A DNA stretch of 32,000 nucleotides from Blochmannia endosymbiont of Camponotus nipponensis (GCF_009827135.1 NZ_CP046534.1:510001-542000), one strand, 5' to 3'; counted from the stretch's first letter, positions 13,663-24,202 are shown. A program made the numbers and translations. The notes: generated by a model from the letters alone, not told the origin.

Positions 13663-14097
13663 ATGTCGCAAATCGAATATTTTGTTTCAGTTCCATATAG
13701 TGTTGAACAGATGTTTCATTTAGTGAATGATATTGATTCTTATGCTCAATTTCTTCCTGGATGCAATTCGATAAAAATTTTCAGACAAAATAATAATGAA
13801 TTAATTGCTGAAATGAGTATAGTTACAAACGGAATTGTTAGTTCATTAGTGACTCATAATTTTATTATAAATAATAAAAGTATTAAAATTTTTTTAATAA
13901 CAGGGCCGTTCAAATCATTTTATGGGTGTTGGAAATTTATTCCTATTACTTCTTCTATTAGTAGAATTGAATATACTTCTGATTATGAGTTTAAATCAAT
14001 ATTTATTGAAAAGATTTTTAATCTTTCTTTTAAAAAAAAATACCAAACAATAATCCAATCGTTCGTTGCAAGAGCTTACGCAGTATACGGTACATGA
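13663..14097 (+). CDS. ratA: SRPBCC/START-domain protein RatA (YfjG; ribosome-association toxin / Coq10-like)
   Basis: MSQIEYFVSVPYSVEQMFHLVNDIDSYAQFLPGC aligns with the E. coli RatA N-terminus, so the ATG at 13663 is preferred over the TTG at 13654. Syntenic position between smpB and bamE. Confidence 0.82.
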   Translation: MSQIEYFVSVPYSVEQMFHLVNDIDSYAQFLPGCNSIKIFRQNNNELIAEMSIVTNGIVSSLVTHNFIINNKSIKIFLITGPFKSFYGCWKFIPITSSISRIEYTSDYEFKSIFIEKIFNLSFKKKYQTIIQSFVARAYAVYGT

Positions 14098-14160
14098 TAT
14101 AGATAATTGTATAAAAACTGGTAAGTATTATTATTACTTTTAATAATATAAAGGATATGC

Positions 14161-14186
14161 ACGTACATAATGTATGTTTTATATTT
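14161..14186 (+). terminator. Weak candidate intrinsic terminator downstream of ratA
   Basis: acgtaca-taa-tgtatgt gives a 7-bp stem with one G-U pair, followed by tttatattt. Low stability. Confidence 0.2.
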
Positions 14187-14255
14187 ATGTTCGATAGAAC
14201 ATGATTCTGAAAATTATATTAGTTATGAATAATTTTGTAATTTAAGAGTTAATTA

Positions 14256-14594
14256 TTATTTTTTGTTGATAGTTGTTAAAATATCATGAGCATCAAATTT
14301 TAGTTCTAAAATTTGATGCTCTATTATTTTTTTACCGCTACGATGGTAAAAAATATAATACCATATATTTGGCTCTAATAATCCTTGTAATGTTGGCGCT
14401 CCAATACTGAAAGAAATATCTAATTTTGTCATGCCAATATGAATTTTTTTAACATCTTGTTCATTTAGATAATTACCTTGTTTGATATTAAAAGATTGGG
14501 GTGCATATTGCAATACAGCACAACTCACGTTAAAAACCATCGTTATTGCAATAACGATGGTTTTTAACGTGTTGTATAAAACTTTAAAATACAT
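14256..14594 (-). CDS. bamE: Outer membrane protein assembly factor BamE (SmpA) lipoprotein
   Basis: 112 aa. The INQGNYL-like core (IKQGNYLNEQDVKKIHIGMT) and WYYIF match E. coli BamE. The N-terminus is hydrophobic and ends in an atypical lipobox, FNVS-C. Confidence 0.85.
   Translation of the reverse strand: MYFKVLYNTLKTIVIAITMVFNVSCAVLQYAPQSFNIKQGNYLNEQDVKKIHIGMTKLDISFSIGAPTLQGLLEPNIWYYIFYHRSGKKIIEHQILELKFDAHDILTTINKK
14288..14321. repeat. 34-bp near-perfect palindrome inside bamE (16-bp arms, 2-nt centre tt)
   Basis: gagcatcaaattttag-tt-ctaaaatttgatgctc. All 16 arm pairs were verified. It encodes EHQILELKFDAH in frame. Confidence 0.95.
14526..14571. repeat. 46-bp perfect spacer-less palindrome inside bamE (23-bp arms)
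   Basis: cacgttaaaaaccatcgttattg|caataacgatggtttttaacgtg. 23/23 positions are complementary (8 G/C pairs), and the flanks at 14525 and 14572 break the symmetry. It encodes TLKTIVIAITMVFNV of the signal peptide. Confidence 0.97.
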
Positions 14595-14708
14595 AATTCC
14601 TACTTAATTTTCTTGCTGTTTATAGTATAAAATAATATTTATATAATTATTATTTAATCATATCTGTTGATTTTTTATAATTAATAATAATATTATTTTG
14701 TTATTACA

Positions 14709-15599
14709 TCATTTTTTTTTAGAAATGCTTTTCGACCAACCAAGTTTAATATTCAGTGTTTTGAAATAGTTATAGTTATTAGGATGAATTAAATCAAGAT
14801 AATAGTTGCTACGTTGAATAAAAATTTCTTCTTCTTTATGCACAAAAATAGGAGTTTGATTATCATATCCTATTTTAAATTCAGATGTTGTTTTAGAAAA
14901 TTTTAAACAGATTATACTTTTACTGTTAATCACAATTGGGCGGGATGACAAAGTATGAGGACATATCGGCACTAATACCATAGCATCTATTGCCGGGCTA
15001 AGAATAGGTCCTCCAGCGGATAAAGCATATGCAGTTGATCCAGTCGGAGTAGAGATAATCAATCCGTCAGATCTTTGGGAAAAAATAAAATTATCATCAA
15101 TATATAACTCAAATTCAATCATACGTCTAATTGTGTTTGTATGTAAAATAACTTCGTTAATAGCACTACCTATTTTATTAATGTTATTATAACTTTGTAC
15201 TGTCACATCTAATAAAAAACGTTTTTCATTAATAAAATGACCTGATAAAACGTCAGATAATTCTATCAATGCTGAATTAGGATCTAAGTCAGTAAGAAAA
15301 CCAAGAGTGCCACGATTAATACCAATAACTTTAATATTATATCTTGCTAGAATATTTGCAGCTCTTAACATGTTTCCATCTCCACCTATAACTATAGCTA
15401 GATCTGCGTAATTACCTATATCATTTAAATCACCTACAATTGTTGTTTGTGCGTTTAATAATTTAGCAACATGATGTTCAATTATTACTGTAACCCCTTT
15501 ATCGCATAACCAATGATATAAAATATTATATGTATGTATAGCTTTCGGATAACGAGAGTATCCTATAATGCCAATAGTATTAAAAATGGAAGAAATCAT
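14709..15599 (-). CDS. nadK: NAD kinase
   Basis: 296 aa with a GGDGNML motif and TPTGSTAYALSAGGPI. Divergent from grpE, as in E. coli. Confidence 0.94.
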   Translation of the reverse strand: MISSIFNTIGIIGYSRYPKAIHTYNILYHWLCDKGVTVIIEHHVAKLLNAQTTIVGDLNDIGNYADLAIVIGGDGNMLRAANILARYNIKVIGINRGTLGFLTDLDPNSALIELSDVLSGHFINEKRFLLDVTVQSYNNINKIGSAINEVILHTNTIRRMIEFELYIDDNFIFSQRSDGLIISTPTGSTAYALSAGGPILSPAIDAMVLVPICPHTLSSRPIVINSKSIICLKFSKTTSEFKIGYDNQTPIFVHKEEEIFIQRSNYYLDLIHPNNYNYFKTLNIKLGWSKSISKKK

Positions 15600-15654
15600 G
15601 TTGTTATTGAATCCTTTCTGTTTTTGTTATAACTTTATGCGTCATAAATGATGT

Positions 15655-15683
15655 CTTGAATACTTGTTGTTCATCCTTATAAT
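15655..15683 (+). promoter_or_regulatory. Candidate sigma32 (heat-shock) promoter of grpE
   Basis: CTTGAA (15655-15660), 14 nt, then CCTTATAAT (15675-15683), compared with the consensus CTTGAA-N13-17-CCCCATnTa. Sits ~45 nt upstream of the grpE ATG, which has an AGGAG SD at 15716-15720. Confidence 0.4.
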
Positions 15684-15728
15684 AACTGAATTATAAAACA
15701 TATAATCAAGAAACGAAGGAGAAAATTT

Positions 15729-16328
15729 ATGATAGACAATAATATGAAAAATAATGTTGATGAGCATATTTCAAAAGATGAAAAAAACAAAAACGAAGAA
15801 TTATTAGAATCTGTTTCCACAACAGATAACATTACTGATCCAAAAAATAATCAAATTATTAATTTAAAAATAAAATTAGCTCAACTTCAAGAACATGAAC
15901 GTAATACTGTATTGCGTCTTACAGCGGAAATAGAAAATATTCGTCGACGTAATGCTCAAGAAATAGAAAAAATACATAAATTTGGATTAGAACGATTTAT
16001 TTTTGAATTATTACCAGTTATTGATAATTTGGAACGTACGCTGCTGAATATTTCAGATAATTCTAATGCTTTATTTACTACTGTAATAGAGGGTATTACA
16101 CTGACATTAAAATCATTTTTAGATACTGTAGGTAAATTTGGATTGCAATCCATACATGAAATTTATGTTCCATTTAATCCTGAGATACATCAGGCAATAT
16201 CCATGGTAGAATCTGAAGATCAACAACCAAATCAGGTATTAACAATTATTCAAAAAGGATATATTCTTAACGGTAGATTAATTCGACCTGCTATGGTGAC
16301 TGTATCACAAATTAAATGTTCAACATAA
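15729..16328 (+). CDS. grpE: Nucleotide exchange factor GrpE
   Basis: 199 aa. RLTAEIENIRRR, LLPVIDNLERTL, HQAISMVES and GYILNGRLIRPAMVTV match GrpE. Confidence 0.94.
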   Translation: MIDNNMKNNVDEHISKDEKNKNEELLESVSTTDNITDPKNNQIINLKIKLAQLQEHERNTVLRLTAEIENIRRRNAQEIEKIHKFGLERFIFELLPVIDNLERTLLNISDNSNALFTTVIEGITLTLKSFLDTVGKFGLQSIHEIYVPFNPEIHQAISMVESEDQQPNQVLTIIQKGYILNGRLIRPAMVTVSQIKCST

Positions 16329-16554
16329 AATAAATACTATATATAATTGATATAAAATTCTGATATGAATATATTTTTTACTGTATGTATTTCATGTGTT
16401 TATGTTACACGTAAAGTCGTCTGGTAAGTTATGATTGAAACTTAAATGAAACGTGGTAGGGTGTCATGATATTGTTATAAAAATAGAATAAATATAATTT
16501 ATTAATTAATTAAAATTATTTTGCTAATTAATTATTAAAGTATAAATTATCTTT

Positions 16555-16597
16555 TAATATATATATTATAAATTATTAGTTTATAATATATATATTA
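16555..16597. repeat. All-A/T inverted repeat (18-bp arms, 7-nt loop) between convergent grpE and ung
   Basis: taatatatatattataaa-ttattag-tttataatatatatatta. Low-complexity (TA)n content. Could be a weak bidirectional terminator. Confidence 0.5.
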
Positions 16598-16728
16598 CAA
16601 TACATAAATATTGTGTTAAAAATATAAAATATAAAAGAATGTAAATATATAACAATAGAGTAAGTTATTATTATTCTAATACATAAGAGTAATACTTGTA
16701 TGAAAAATTTTAGTTTTTGTTGATTTTT

Positions 16729-17409
16729 TTAGTCACCTATTTTAGGTTGCCAGTTGATAGTTTGTTTGTTTTGTTGTAATAAAAACATATTAGCTTTAGA
16801 AAAATGACGACATCCTAAAAATCCATGTTGAGCTGACATAGGGGACGGGTGTGATGTGCTTAAAATATGATGTTTTTTTCGATTAATGATGTTTCCTTTT
16901 TTCTGAGCATATCTTCCCCATAACATAAATATAATCTTTTCTTTATAAAGATTTAATGTATGTATTGTTTTATCTGTAAAAAGTTCCCATCCAATATTAG
17001 CGTGAGAACAACTTTTCCCTGCTTCGACAGTTAAAATACTATTAAGTAATAATACTCCTTCCTGCGCCCAACTTTTTAAAAAACCATGATTTGGTGTTGT
17101 AAAGTTAGGTATATCAGATCTGAGTTCTTTATATATATTTCGTAAGGTAGGAGGCAATGAAACGCCGGGTAATACAGAAAAAGCAAGTCCGTGTGCTTGA
17201 CCTGGTCCGTGATAAGGATCTTGCCCGATAATAACAACTTTAACGGATTTAAAACTAGTAAAACGAAACACATTGAAAATATCTTTTTTTTGTGGATAAA
17301 CTATGATTCCCTTTTTTTTGCGTTCCTCCACAATAAATAATATATTCTTAAAATATGATAGTTTTTTTTCCTTTGATAAAAAATACTGCCAAGTTAATTC
17401 TTTTATCAT
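16729..17409 (-). CDS. ung: Uracil-DNA glycosylase
   Basis: MIKELTWQYFL aligns with the E. coli Ung N-terminus (MANELTWHDVL), so the ATG at 17409 is preferred over 17442. GQDPYHGPGQAHGLAFSV and HPSPMSA motifs are present. Confidence 0.92.
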   Translation of the reverse strand: MIKELTWQYFLSKEKKLSYFKNILFIVEERKKKGIIVYPQKKDIFNVFRFTSFKSVKVVIIGQDPYHGPGQAHGLAFSVLPGVSLPPTLRNIYKELRSDIPNFTTPNHGFLKSWAQEGVLLLNSILTVEAGKSCSHANIGWELFTDKTIHTLNLYKEKIIFMLWGRYAQKKGNIINRKKHHILSTSHPSPMSAQHGFLGCRHFSKANMFLLQQNKQTINWQPKIGD

Positions 17410-17829
17410 TGTATATTTCCATATGTATAATGTGTTACGCATTCATCATCGTGTAAATAGATCTTTGTTAATTATTATTTTTAATTTTATTGACTACTGA
17501 AATTTATGAGATCAAGTGAATATCAGTGATTATGTTAATATTTTTTGGTTTTAGTATAAGTGTTATTTGAACATATAACAATGTATCTACACTAAAAAAA
17601 ATATATATATATATATGAGTTATTCACTGTTTATGTAATTAAGCTCTAATTGTTTAATATGACGAATATTCTATGTCTTATTGTATATATTGTGAGTAAT
17701 GTTTACAAATCGGTCCTAAGTTTAATAATACAATCTATTTTTCTATCTATTCATAGCATCTTATTATACACTAATTGATTACAATTTATACTAATTAAAT
17801 TTATTTTTTGTATTCAATTAATATTAGTT

Positions 17830-19638
17830 ATGATTAAATACATACGTAATTTTTCTATTATTGCGCATATTGATCATGGGAAATCAACATTATCTGATCG
17901 ATTTATTCAAATTTGTGGTGGATTAGATGTGCGTGAAATGACATCTCAAGTATTAGACTCTATGGAATTGGAACGAGAACGTGGTATTACTATAAAATCT
18001 CAAAATGTAACGCTCAATTACATGTCTAAAAATGGTCACTCATACCAATTAAATCTTATTGATACTCCTGGACATGTTGATTTTGCTTATGAGGTGTCTC
18101 GATCTTTAGCGGCATGTGAAGGTGCTTTGTTAGTAGTAGATGCTACTCAGGGGGTTGAAGCACAAACTATGGCTAATTATCAAATTGCTACAGAAATGAA
18201 TCTAAAGGTTATTGTGGCATTAAATAAAATTGATTTATCAACAGCAGATCCTGACCGAGTATCTCAAGAAATCAAAAACATCGTTGGTATTGATGCGGAT
18301 GATGCAATACAATGCTCGGCTAAAACTGGTTATGGTATTCCAGAATTATTAGAATGTTTGATTCATAATATTCCTCATCCTCAAGGAAATTTATCCGCTC
18401 CTTTGCAAGCATTAATTATTGATTCTTGGTTTAATAAATATTTAGGTGTCGTATCATTAATATGTATTAAAAATGGAAAATTATATAAAGGTGATGTATT
18501 GCAATCTATGAATACAGGTCAAAAATATATTGTTGATCAAATAGGCATATTCACTCCAAAACAAGTAAAACGTGACATGTTAGCTTGCGGGGAAGTAGGA
18601 TGGTTAGTTTGTGCTAACAAAAATATTATACGAAAAACTTCTGTGGGAGATACATTGACTTTGTCAACTTGTCCTGCAAATAGCGTCTGTCATGGATTTA
18701 AAAAACTTCAGCCTTATGTGTATGCAGGATTATTTCCTATCGGTTCTAAAAATCAAAAAATTTTTCATGATGCTATGTATAAGCTTAGTTTAAACGATGC
18801 TTCTTTATTTTATGAACCAGAAAGATCAGAGTTTTTAGGGTTGGGTTTTCGCTGCGGATTTCTTGGATTATTGCATATGGAAATTATACAAGAAAGGTTA
18901 AGACGTGAATATTCGCTGGATTTAATTGTTACGGCTCCAGTGGTGGTGTACGAAATATTAACCATTGATAACCAAACAATATATGTAGATAGTCCATCAA
19001 AATTGCTTTCTTTAACGAAAATTAAAGAAATACGCGAACCTATTGTTTTATGTAATATATTATTTCCAAAAAAATGTCTTGGAGAAATTATTTCTTTATG
19101 TATTGAAAAAAGAGGTACTCAAATTTCTATGGTGTACCATAATACCCAAGTTTTGCTAACTTACGAATTACCTATGTCTGAAATAATGTTAGATTTTTTT
19201 GATCGAATAAAATCGGCATCTCATGGATATGCTTCATTTGAATATAAGTTTAGTCGTTTTCAAGTGTCAAATATAGTCTGTATAGAAGTATTAATTAATA
19301 AAAAACGTATTGATGCATTAGCAGTAATTGCACATCAAGAAAGATCTATATATCTTGGTCATGTATTGGTGAATAAATTACAGAAATTAATTCCTAGGCA
19401 ACAATTCGATATTGTGATTCAAGCGATTGTCGGTAAACAAATAATATCACGTAATATTGTAAAGCAATTGCGAAAAAATGTTTTAGCCAAATGTCACGGA
19501 GGCGATATAACCCGAAAGAAAAAATTATTATATAAACAAAAAGAAGGAAAAAAACGCATGAAAGAAATAGGTAATATTAATTTACCGCATACTGTTTTTT
19601 TAGCAATATTTGATGTTAATAACAACAAAAATAACTAA
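17830..19638 (+). CDS. lepA: Elongation factor 4 (translational GTPase LepA)
   Basis: 602 aa. [25 protein letters not shown] and NKID GTPase motifs, collinear with E. coli LepA. Confidence 0.97.
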   Translation: MIKYIRNFSIIAHIDHGKSTLSDRFIQICGGLDVREMTSQVLDSMELERERGITIKSQNVTLNYMSKNGHSYQLNLIDTPGHVDFAYEVSRSLAACEGALLVVDATQGVEAQTMANYQIATEMNLKVIVALNKIDLSTADPDRVSQEIKNIVGIDADDAIQCSAKTGYGIPELLECLIHNIPHPQGNLSAPLQALIIDSWFNKYLGVVSLICIKNGKLYKGDVLQSMNTGQKYIVDQIGIFTPKQVKRDMLACGEVGWLVCANKNIIRKTSVGDTLTLSTCPANSVCHGFKKLQPYVYAGLFPIGSKNQKIFHDAMYKLSLNDASLFYEPERSEFLGLGFRCGFLGLLHMEIIQERLRREYSLDLIVTAPVVVYEILTIDNQTIYVDSPSKLLSLTKIKEIREPIVLCNILFPKKCLGEIISLCIEKRGTQISMVYHNTQVLLTYELPMSEIMLDFFDRIKSASHGYASFEYKFSRFQVSNIVCIEVLINKKRIDALAVIAHQERSIYLGHVLVNKLQKLIPRQQFDIVIQAIVGKQIISRNIVKQLRKNVLAKCHGGDITRKKKLLYKQKEGKKRMKEIGNINLPHTVFLAIFDVNNNKNN

Positions 19639-19652
19639 AGGATTGTATTTAT

Positions 19653-20648
19653 ATGATGAGCACATTTTCTTTGATCTTAGCAATTATTACGGGAGTATCA
19701 GGTATTTTCTGGGGTGTAAAAAAACTACGTATAATAATGTGTAATCATTATAGACATAAAAAAATATTCTTTCAAAAATCAAATAATATTTATCAACAAC
19801 CAAATAATACTTATTCATTAATAATTTCATATTTTTCAGAAATTTCTGAATTTATTTCCTCAATTTTTCCTGTATTATTGTTAGTATTTATAATACGATC
19901 ATTTGTTTTTGAACCATTCCGAATACCATCTGGATCTATGATGCCAACTTTATTAATAGGAGATTTTATTTTGGTAAAGAAATTCATATATGGTATTAAA
20001 AATCCTATTACTCAAACAACATTAATTAATGTTGGTCATCCAAAACGTGGGGATATAATAGTTTTTAAGTATCCTAAAAACCCAGCGTTAAATTATATTA
20101 AACGAGTTATTGGAGAACCAGGAGATAAAGTAATCTACAATATTATCACTAAACAGTTAACAATATATCCTAACAGTGGCAACGGGACTACATATATACA
20201 ACAGTTACCTATTGCCTATGATAATATTATTCCTAGTAATTTTGTGCAAGTATTTAATAGCGATACAAATGGAAAGGTCGAGTCTACTTTTCTTCAAATA
20301 AGACCGAATCAAACATGTTCTCATGGCATTCGATTAATTCGAACTACGGAATCATTGAATGGTGTGGCACATAATATATTAACGATGATACCACCGGGTG
20401 ATCAAAACTTAATAAAAATGTACGATCAACATACAAAAAATTTAGTATCTGAATGGGTGGTGCCTACAGATGAGTATTTTGTAATGGGAGATAATAGGGA
20501 TAACAGCTCAGATAGTCGTTACTGGGGATTTGTTCCTGAACGCAATATAATAGGAAAAGCAACAATAATTTGGATGAATATAAAAAAACAAAAAGACACA
20601 ACTTGGCCAATAGCCATACAACTCGATAGAATTGGTAATATAGAATAA
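19653..20648 (+). CDS. lepB: Signal peptidase I
   Basis: 331 aa. PSGSMMPTLLIGDFILV (catalytic Ser), YIKRVIGEPGD (catalytic Lys) and GDNRDNSSDSRYWGFVP. Starts 14 nt after lepA. Confidence 0.95.
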   Translation: MMSTFSLILAIITGVSGIFWGVKKLRIIMCNHYRHKKIFFQKSNNIYQQPNNTYSLIISYFSEISEFISSIFPVLLLVFIIRSFVFEPFRIPSGSMMPTLLIGDFILVKKFIYGIKNPITQTTLINVGHPKRGDIIVFKYPKNPALNYIKRVIGEPGDKVIYNIITKQLTIYPNSGNGTTYIQQLPIAYDNIIPSNFVQVFNSDTNGKVESTFLQIRPNQTCSHGIRLIRTTESLNGVAHNILTMIPPGDQNLIKMYDQHTKNLVSEWVVPTDEYFVMGDNRDNSSDSRYWGFVPERNIIGKATIIWMNIKKQKDTTWPIAIQLDRIGNIE

Positions 20649-20769
20649 AATATTTATGTTTGATGTTTATAAATAAAAAATTTATTTTTTATTATATTGT
20701 TTTAATAAATTTTGTTTTTAAATTTATTTTTAATAAAAGGTAATTCTATTGTATGCATTATAATGTATA

Positions 20770-21471
20770 ATGTATGACACGATCAATATCATGTTTGTTG
20801 AAACACTTCAGAAAAAACTTGGTTACATTTTTATTCGGTGTGATTTATTATTACAGGCACTTACTCATAAAAGTTCTAGTGCGCAACATAATGAAAGACT
20901 AGAATTTTTGGGAGACGCTATATTAAATTATGTGATTACTAATATTTTATATCATAAGTTTCCTTGTATTACCGAAGGAGGAATGAGTAGAATGCGTGCA
21001 AGTTTAGTGCGTGAAAATACTTTGGCGACATTGGCTCGAGAATTTGATTTAGGAAATTATTTAAAATTAGGACAAGGGGAATTAAAAAGCGGTGGGTATC
21101 GACGCGAATCTATTTTAGCTAATACAATAGAAGCGTTAATAGGTGGTATTTTTTTAGATAGTGATATTCAAACTGTTGAAATGTTAATTATTAATTGGTA
21201 CAGAATTCGTTTAAATCAAATAGATCCTTATGATAAACAAAAAGATCCAAAAACTCGTTTACAAGAATATATGCAACATCGTCGTTTGCCGCTACCTGTA
21301 TACTGGGTTAATCAAATAGTTGGAGAGGCACATAATCAAAAATTCAGCATAAATTGTCAAGTCAGTGAATTAATACAGCCAATTATTGGACGCGGTTCTA
21401 GTCGACGTAGAGCTGAACAAAATGCAGCGGAAAAAGTTTTAAAAATATTAGAATATAACGATAGTAGATGA
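20770..21471 (+). CDS. rnc: Ribonuclease III (alternative start at 20791)
   Basis: 233 aa. The [10 protein letters not shown] signature, [18 protein letters not shown] and a C-terminal dsRBD (DPKTRLQEY...[16 protein letters not shown]). Confidence 0.93.
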   Translation: MYDTINIMFVETLQKKLGYIFIRCDLLLQALTHKSSSAQHNERLEFLGDAILNYVITNILYHKFPCITEGGMSRMRASLVRENTLATLAREFDLGNYLKLGQGELKSGGYRRESILANTIEALIGGIFLDSDIQTVEMLIINWYRIRLNQIDPYDKQKDPKTRLQEYMQHRRLPLPVYWVNQIVGEAHNQKFSINCQVSELIQPIIGRGSSRRRAEQNAAEKVLKILEYNDSR

Positions 21472-21583
21472 TTTGATAAGATTATTATTTATTATAATTT
21501 TGATATGTATATATTTAGATATACAAGAATAATTTAAAGCTAATGCAATGGATTAATTGAACAGAGAAATATGTGGTTGTTAA

Positions 21584-21620
21584 ATAAAATCGTACTTATT
21601 TTTTTAAAGTACGATTTTAT
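21584..21620. repeat. Inverted repeat (14-bp perfect arms, 9-nt loop) in the rnc-pdxJ spacer
   Basis: ataaaatcgtactt-attttttta-aagtacgattttat, ~110 nt after the rnc stop. No flanking T-run, so it is not a canonical terminator. Confidence 0.7.
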
Positions 21621-22121
21621 AAGTATTAATATCCAATTGATGAGATAAATTACTAATTACTTATATTCTTTAAAAAATTATGTAAATTATATGTAACATG
21701 ATTGTACATTTTTACTTTAGTGTTGTAAATATTAGTTGTATTGTGTTATTGTTCTTAACAATATGATTTTTGTGTTATTTAACAAATAATAATAATTGCT
21801 AAAATTTATGATTAATATTTCTAAAATAGTAGGTGTAATTTATATTACAATGTTTATTGTAAATTAAATTTATATGGCTGTAGTAATGTTTTTATGCAGT
21901 TACATTATAAATCTTGAGAAATGCATTCAACCATTAAGAATTATGTAAAAAATTTATAGTTTTTAACAAAAATAACATTTTTATATATTATGTTAATATT
22001 TTAATAGATAACATCGCAATGTAATATGTTTTGATTTTTTAGAAATAAAAGAAAGATATGCTTAAATATATATACTATATATTTAGTAAGTAATAAATAC
22101 TACATTTACGAGTATATTATA

Positions 22122-22856
22122 ATGTCTAATTTATTGTTAGGTGTAAATATCGATCATGTTGCAACACTACGTAATGCAAGAAATACAGTATATCCTGATC
22201 CTGTATATGCCGCATTTATTGCAGAACAATCGGGAGCAGATAGTATTACTGTGCATTTAAGAGAAGATCGTCGTCATATTACAGATCGTGACGTTAAGAT
22301 GTTACGTGGTACTATACAAACAGCTATGAATTTGGAAATAGCACCAACAGAGGAGATGGTTAATGTGGCATGTATTTTAAAACCACATTATTGTTGTTTA
22401 GTACCTGAAAGACGTCAAGAACTTACAACAGAGGGTGGTTTAGATGTAACTGAGAAAACAAATAAATTGCAAAATATGATATTTAAGCTTACTGAGGTTG
22501 GAATTAGGGTTTCATTGTTTATTGATCCTAATGAACAACAAGTTGATGCTGCATACAACATCGGTGCGTCTTATATAGAAATACATACTGGTATGTATTC
22601 TAATGCTATAGATCCTACGACTCAAGATTTAGAATATAAACGTATTAAAAAAAGTGTGCAATATGCTGTAGATAGTGGTTTAAAAGTTAATGCTGGACAC
22701 GGCCTTAATTATCATAATGTACAATCTATTGCGATACTACCAGGAATACAAGAATTAAATATAGGACATGCTATAATGAGTCGATCAATGTTTTGTGGAT
22801 TATCTAAAGCCATTCAGGAGATGAAGAGATTAATACAAGACTCAAGAAGGGGTTAA
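22122..22856 (+). CDS. pdxJ: Pyridoxine 5'-phosphate synthase
   Basis: 244 aa. [25 protein letters not shown] and [10 protein letters not shown] are near-identical to E. coli PdxJ. Confidence 0.96.
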   Translation: MSNLLLGVNIDHVATLRNARNTVYPDPVYAAFIAEQSGADSITVHLREDRRHITDRDVKMLRGTIQTAMNLEIAPTEEMVNVACILKPHYCCLVPERRQELTTEGGLDVTEKTNKLQNMIFKLTEVGIRVSLFIDPNEQQVDAAYNIGASYIEIHTGMYSNAIDPTTQDLEYKRIKKSVQYAVDSGLKVNAGHGLNYHNVQSIAILPGIQELNIGHAIMSRSMFCGLSKAIQEMKRLIQDSRRG

Positions 22857-22858
22857 TA

Positions 22859-23236
22859 GTGATTCATGGAATTGGTATAGATATTGTTGATATTAAGAAA
22901 ATAAAAAAAATAATAACACATAGCGGAGATAAACTAGCCAACCGAGTGCTAAGTGAATCAGAATGGAAAATATATAAATATAAAAAAAATTCTGTACATT
23001 TTTTAGCAAAACGTTTTGCCGCAAAAGAGGCAGTATCTAAAGCATTTGGTACTGGAATGGGTCAAGGAGTAGCATTTAGGCAAATTGAAGTTTTTAATGA
23101 TAAACTAGGAAAACCGATATTGCATTTGTTCTCGTATGCAGCGTTATTAGCTAATGAATTATCATTAAAGAAAATGCATATTACTTTATCTGATACCAGA
23201 TCATATGCGTGTGCGCTTGTTGTATTGGAACGATAA
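22859..23236 (+). CDS. acpS: Holo-[acyl-carrier-protein] synthase (GTG start)
   Basis: 125 aa. IHGIGIDIV, FLAKRFAAKEA and HITLSDTRSYACALVVLE align with E. coli AcpS. Starts 2 nt after the pdxJ stop. Confidence 0.92.
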   Translation: MIHGIGIDIVDIKKIKKIITHSGDKLANRVLSESEWKIYKYKKNSVHFLAKRFAAKEAVSKAFGTGMGQGVAFRQIEVFNDKLGKPILHLFSYAALLANELSLKKMHITLSDTRSYACALVVLER

Positions 23237-23403
23237 ATCAAATAGGACGTACATAATATGGATAAACATTAATTGATTACATAATTATAAATGATTCTGG
23301 TATTGTACTGTGACACAAAATGAATATCTAAATATAAACTCGAAAAGATTATTTATCCCATTTGTATTGTTATATTTATTAGGTGTGAGACAGAGAAAAT
23401 TGT

Positions 23404-23865
23404 ATGTATGACATAGAAAATATAGATGTAATATGGATGCGTTATGCTATTACATTAGCTAAATATGCTGAAATTATTGGAGAAATATCAGTAGGAGCTA
23501 TTTTAGTTCGAGATGGAAAAATTATAAGTTGTGGGTGGAATTCTTCTATTATACATCATGATCCAAGTGCTCATGCAGAAATTATAGCGTTGCGTATGGG
23601 AGGAGGGGTTTTAGGTAATTACCGATTATTAGGTACTACTCTATATGTTACTTTAGAGCCATGTATGATGTGTATTGGAGCAATCATTCATGCTCGTATT
23701 TATCGATTAGTTTGTGGAGCAAAAAATAAAAAAACTAGAAGAAGATCATGGCTAAAAAATACACTCTATCATCCCATGAATAATCATTATGTGTCTTTGA
23801 CCACCGGAGTATTAGAGCGAGAATGTACTTATCAATTGAATAAATTCTTTGAGCGTCAACGTTAA
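23404..23865 (+). CDS. tadA: tRNA-specific adenosine deaminase
   Basis: 153 aa. Zinc-binding CDA motifs (HAEIIALR, TLEPCMMCIGAI), collinear with E. coli TadA. Confidence 0.9.
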   Translation: MYDIENIDVIWMRYAITLAKYAEIIGEISVGAILVRDGKIISCGWNSSIIHHDPSAHAEIIALRMGGGVLGNYRLLGTTLYVTLEPCMMCIGAIIHARIYRLVCGAKNKKTRRRSWLKNTLYHPMNNHYVSLTTGVLERECTYQLNKFFERQR

Positions 23866-24202
23866 GCTTTTATCTTATTATAAAATATTAATAATATTGA
23901 TTGTGTAGTTGAATCGTATATTTATATATAATTTTTTGTGTTATGTATTGGTATATAATGTTTAATTTTTTTTAATAGAAATTATTTTCATATAATAAGA
24001 TATTATTATATGATCATATTTTTAAATATTTTTAAGCATATAAAAATACACAATAATTTTAAGATTATTTTATGAAAAAGAGGGGTTATTAATTGCATTT
24101 GTTTGTTTAAAATTTTTAAAAATATTGTTTTATTGTAATTGAAATAATTTTATGTTTTATACATATAATGTATTTTGATTGATTAAAAATAGGCGGTTAT
24201 AT

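Noticed and set aside
17291-17299. Perfect DnaA-box 9-mer (TTATCCACA on the minus strand) inside ung
   Set aside because: It is a single isolated box inside a CDS, with no cluster, DUE or neighbouring origin genes. That is compatible with chance.
17601-17616. (AT)8 microsatellite upstream of lepA
   Set aside because: A simple-sequence repeat is expected in an A/T-rich spacer. There is no evidence of function.
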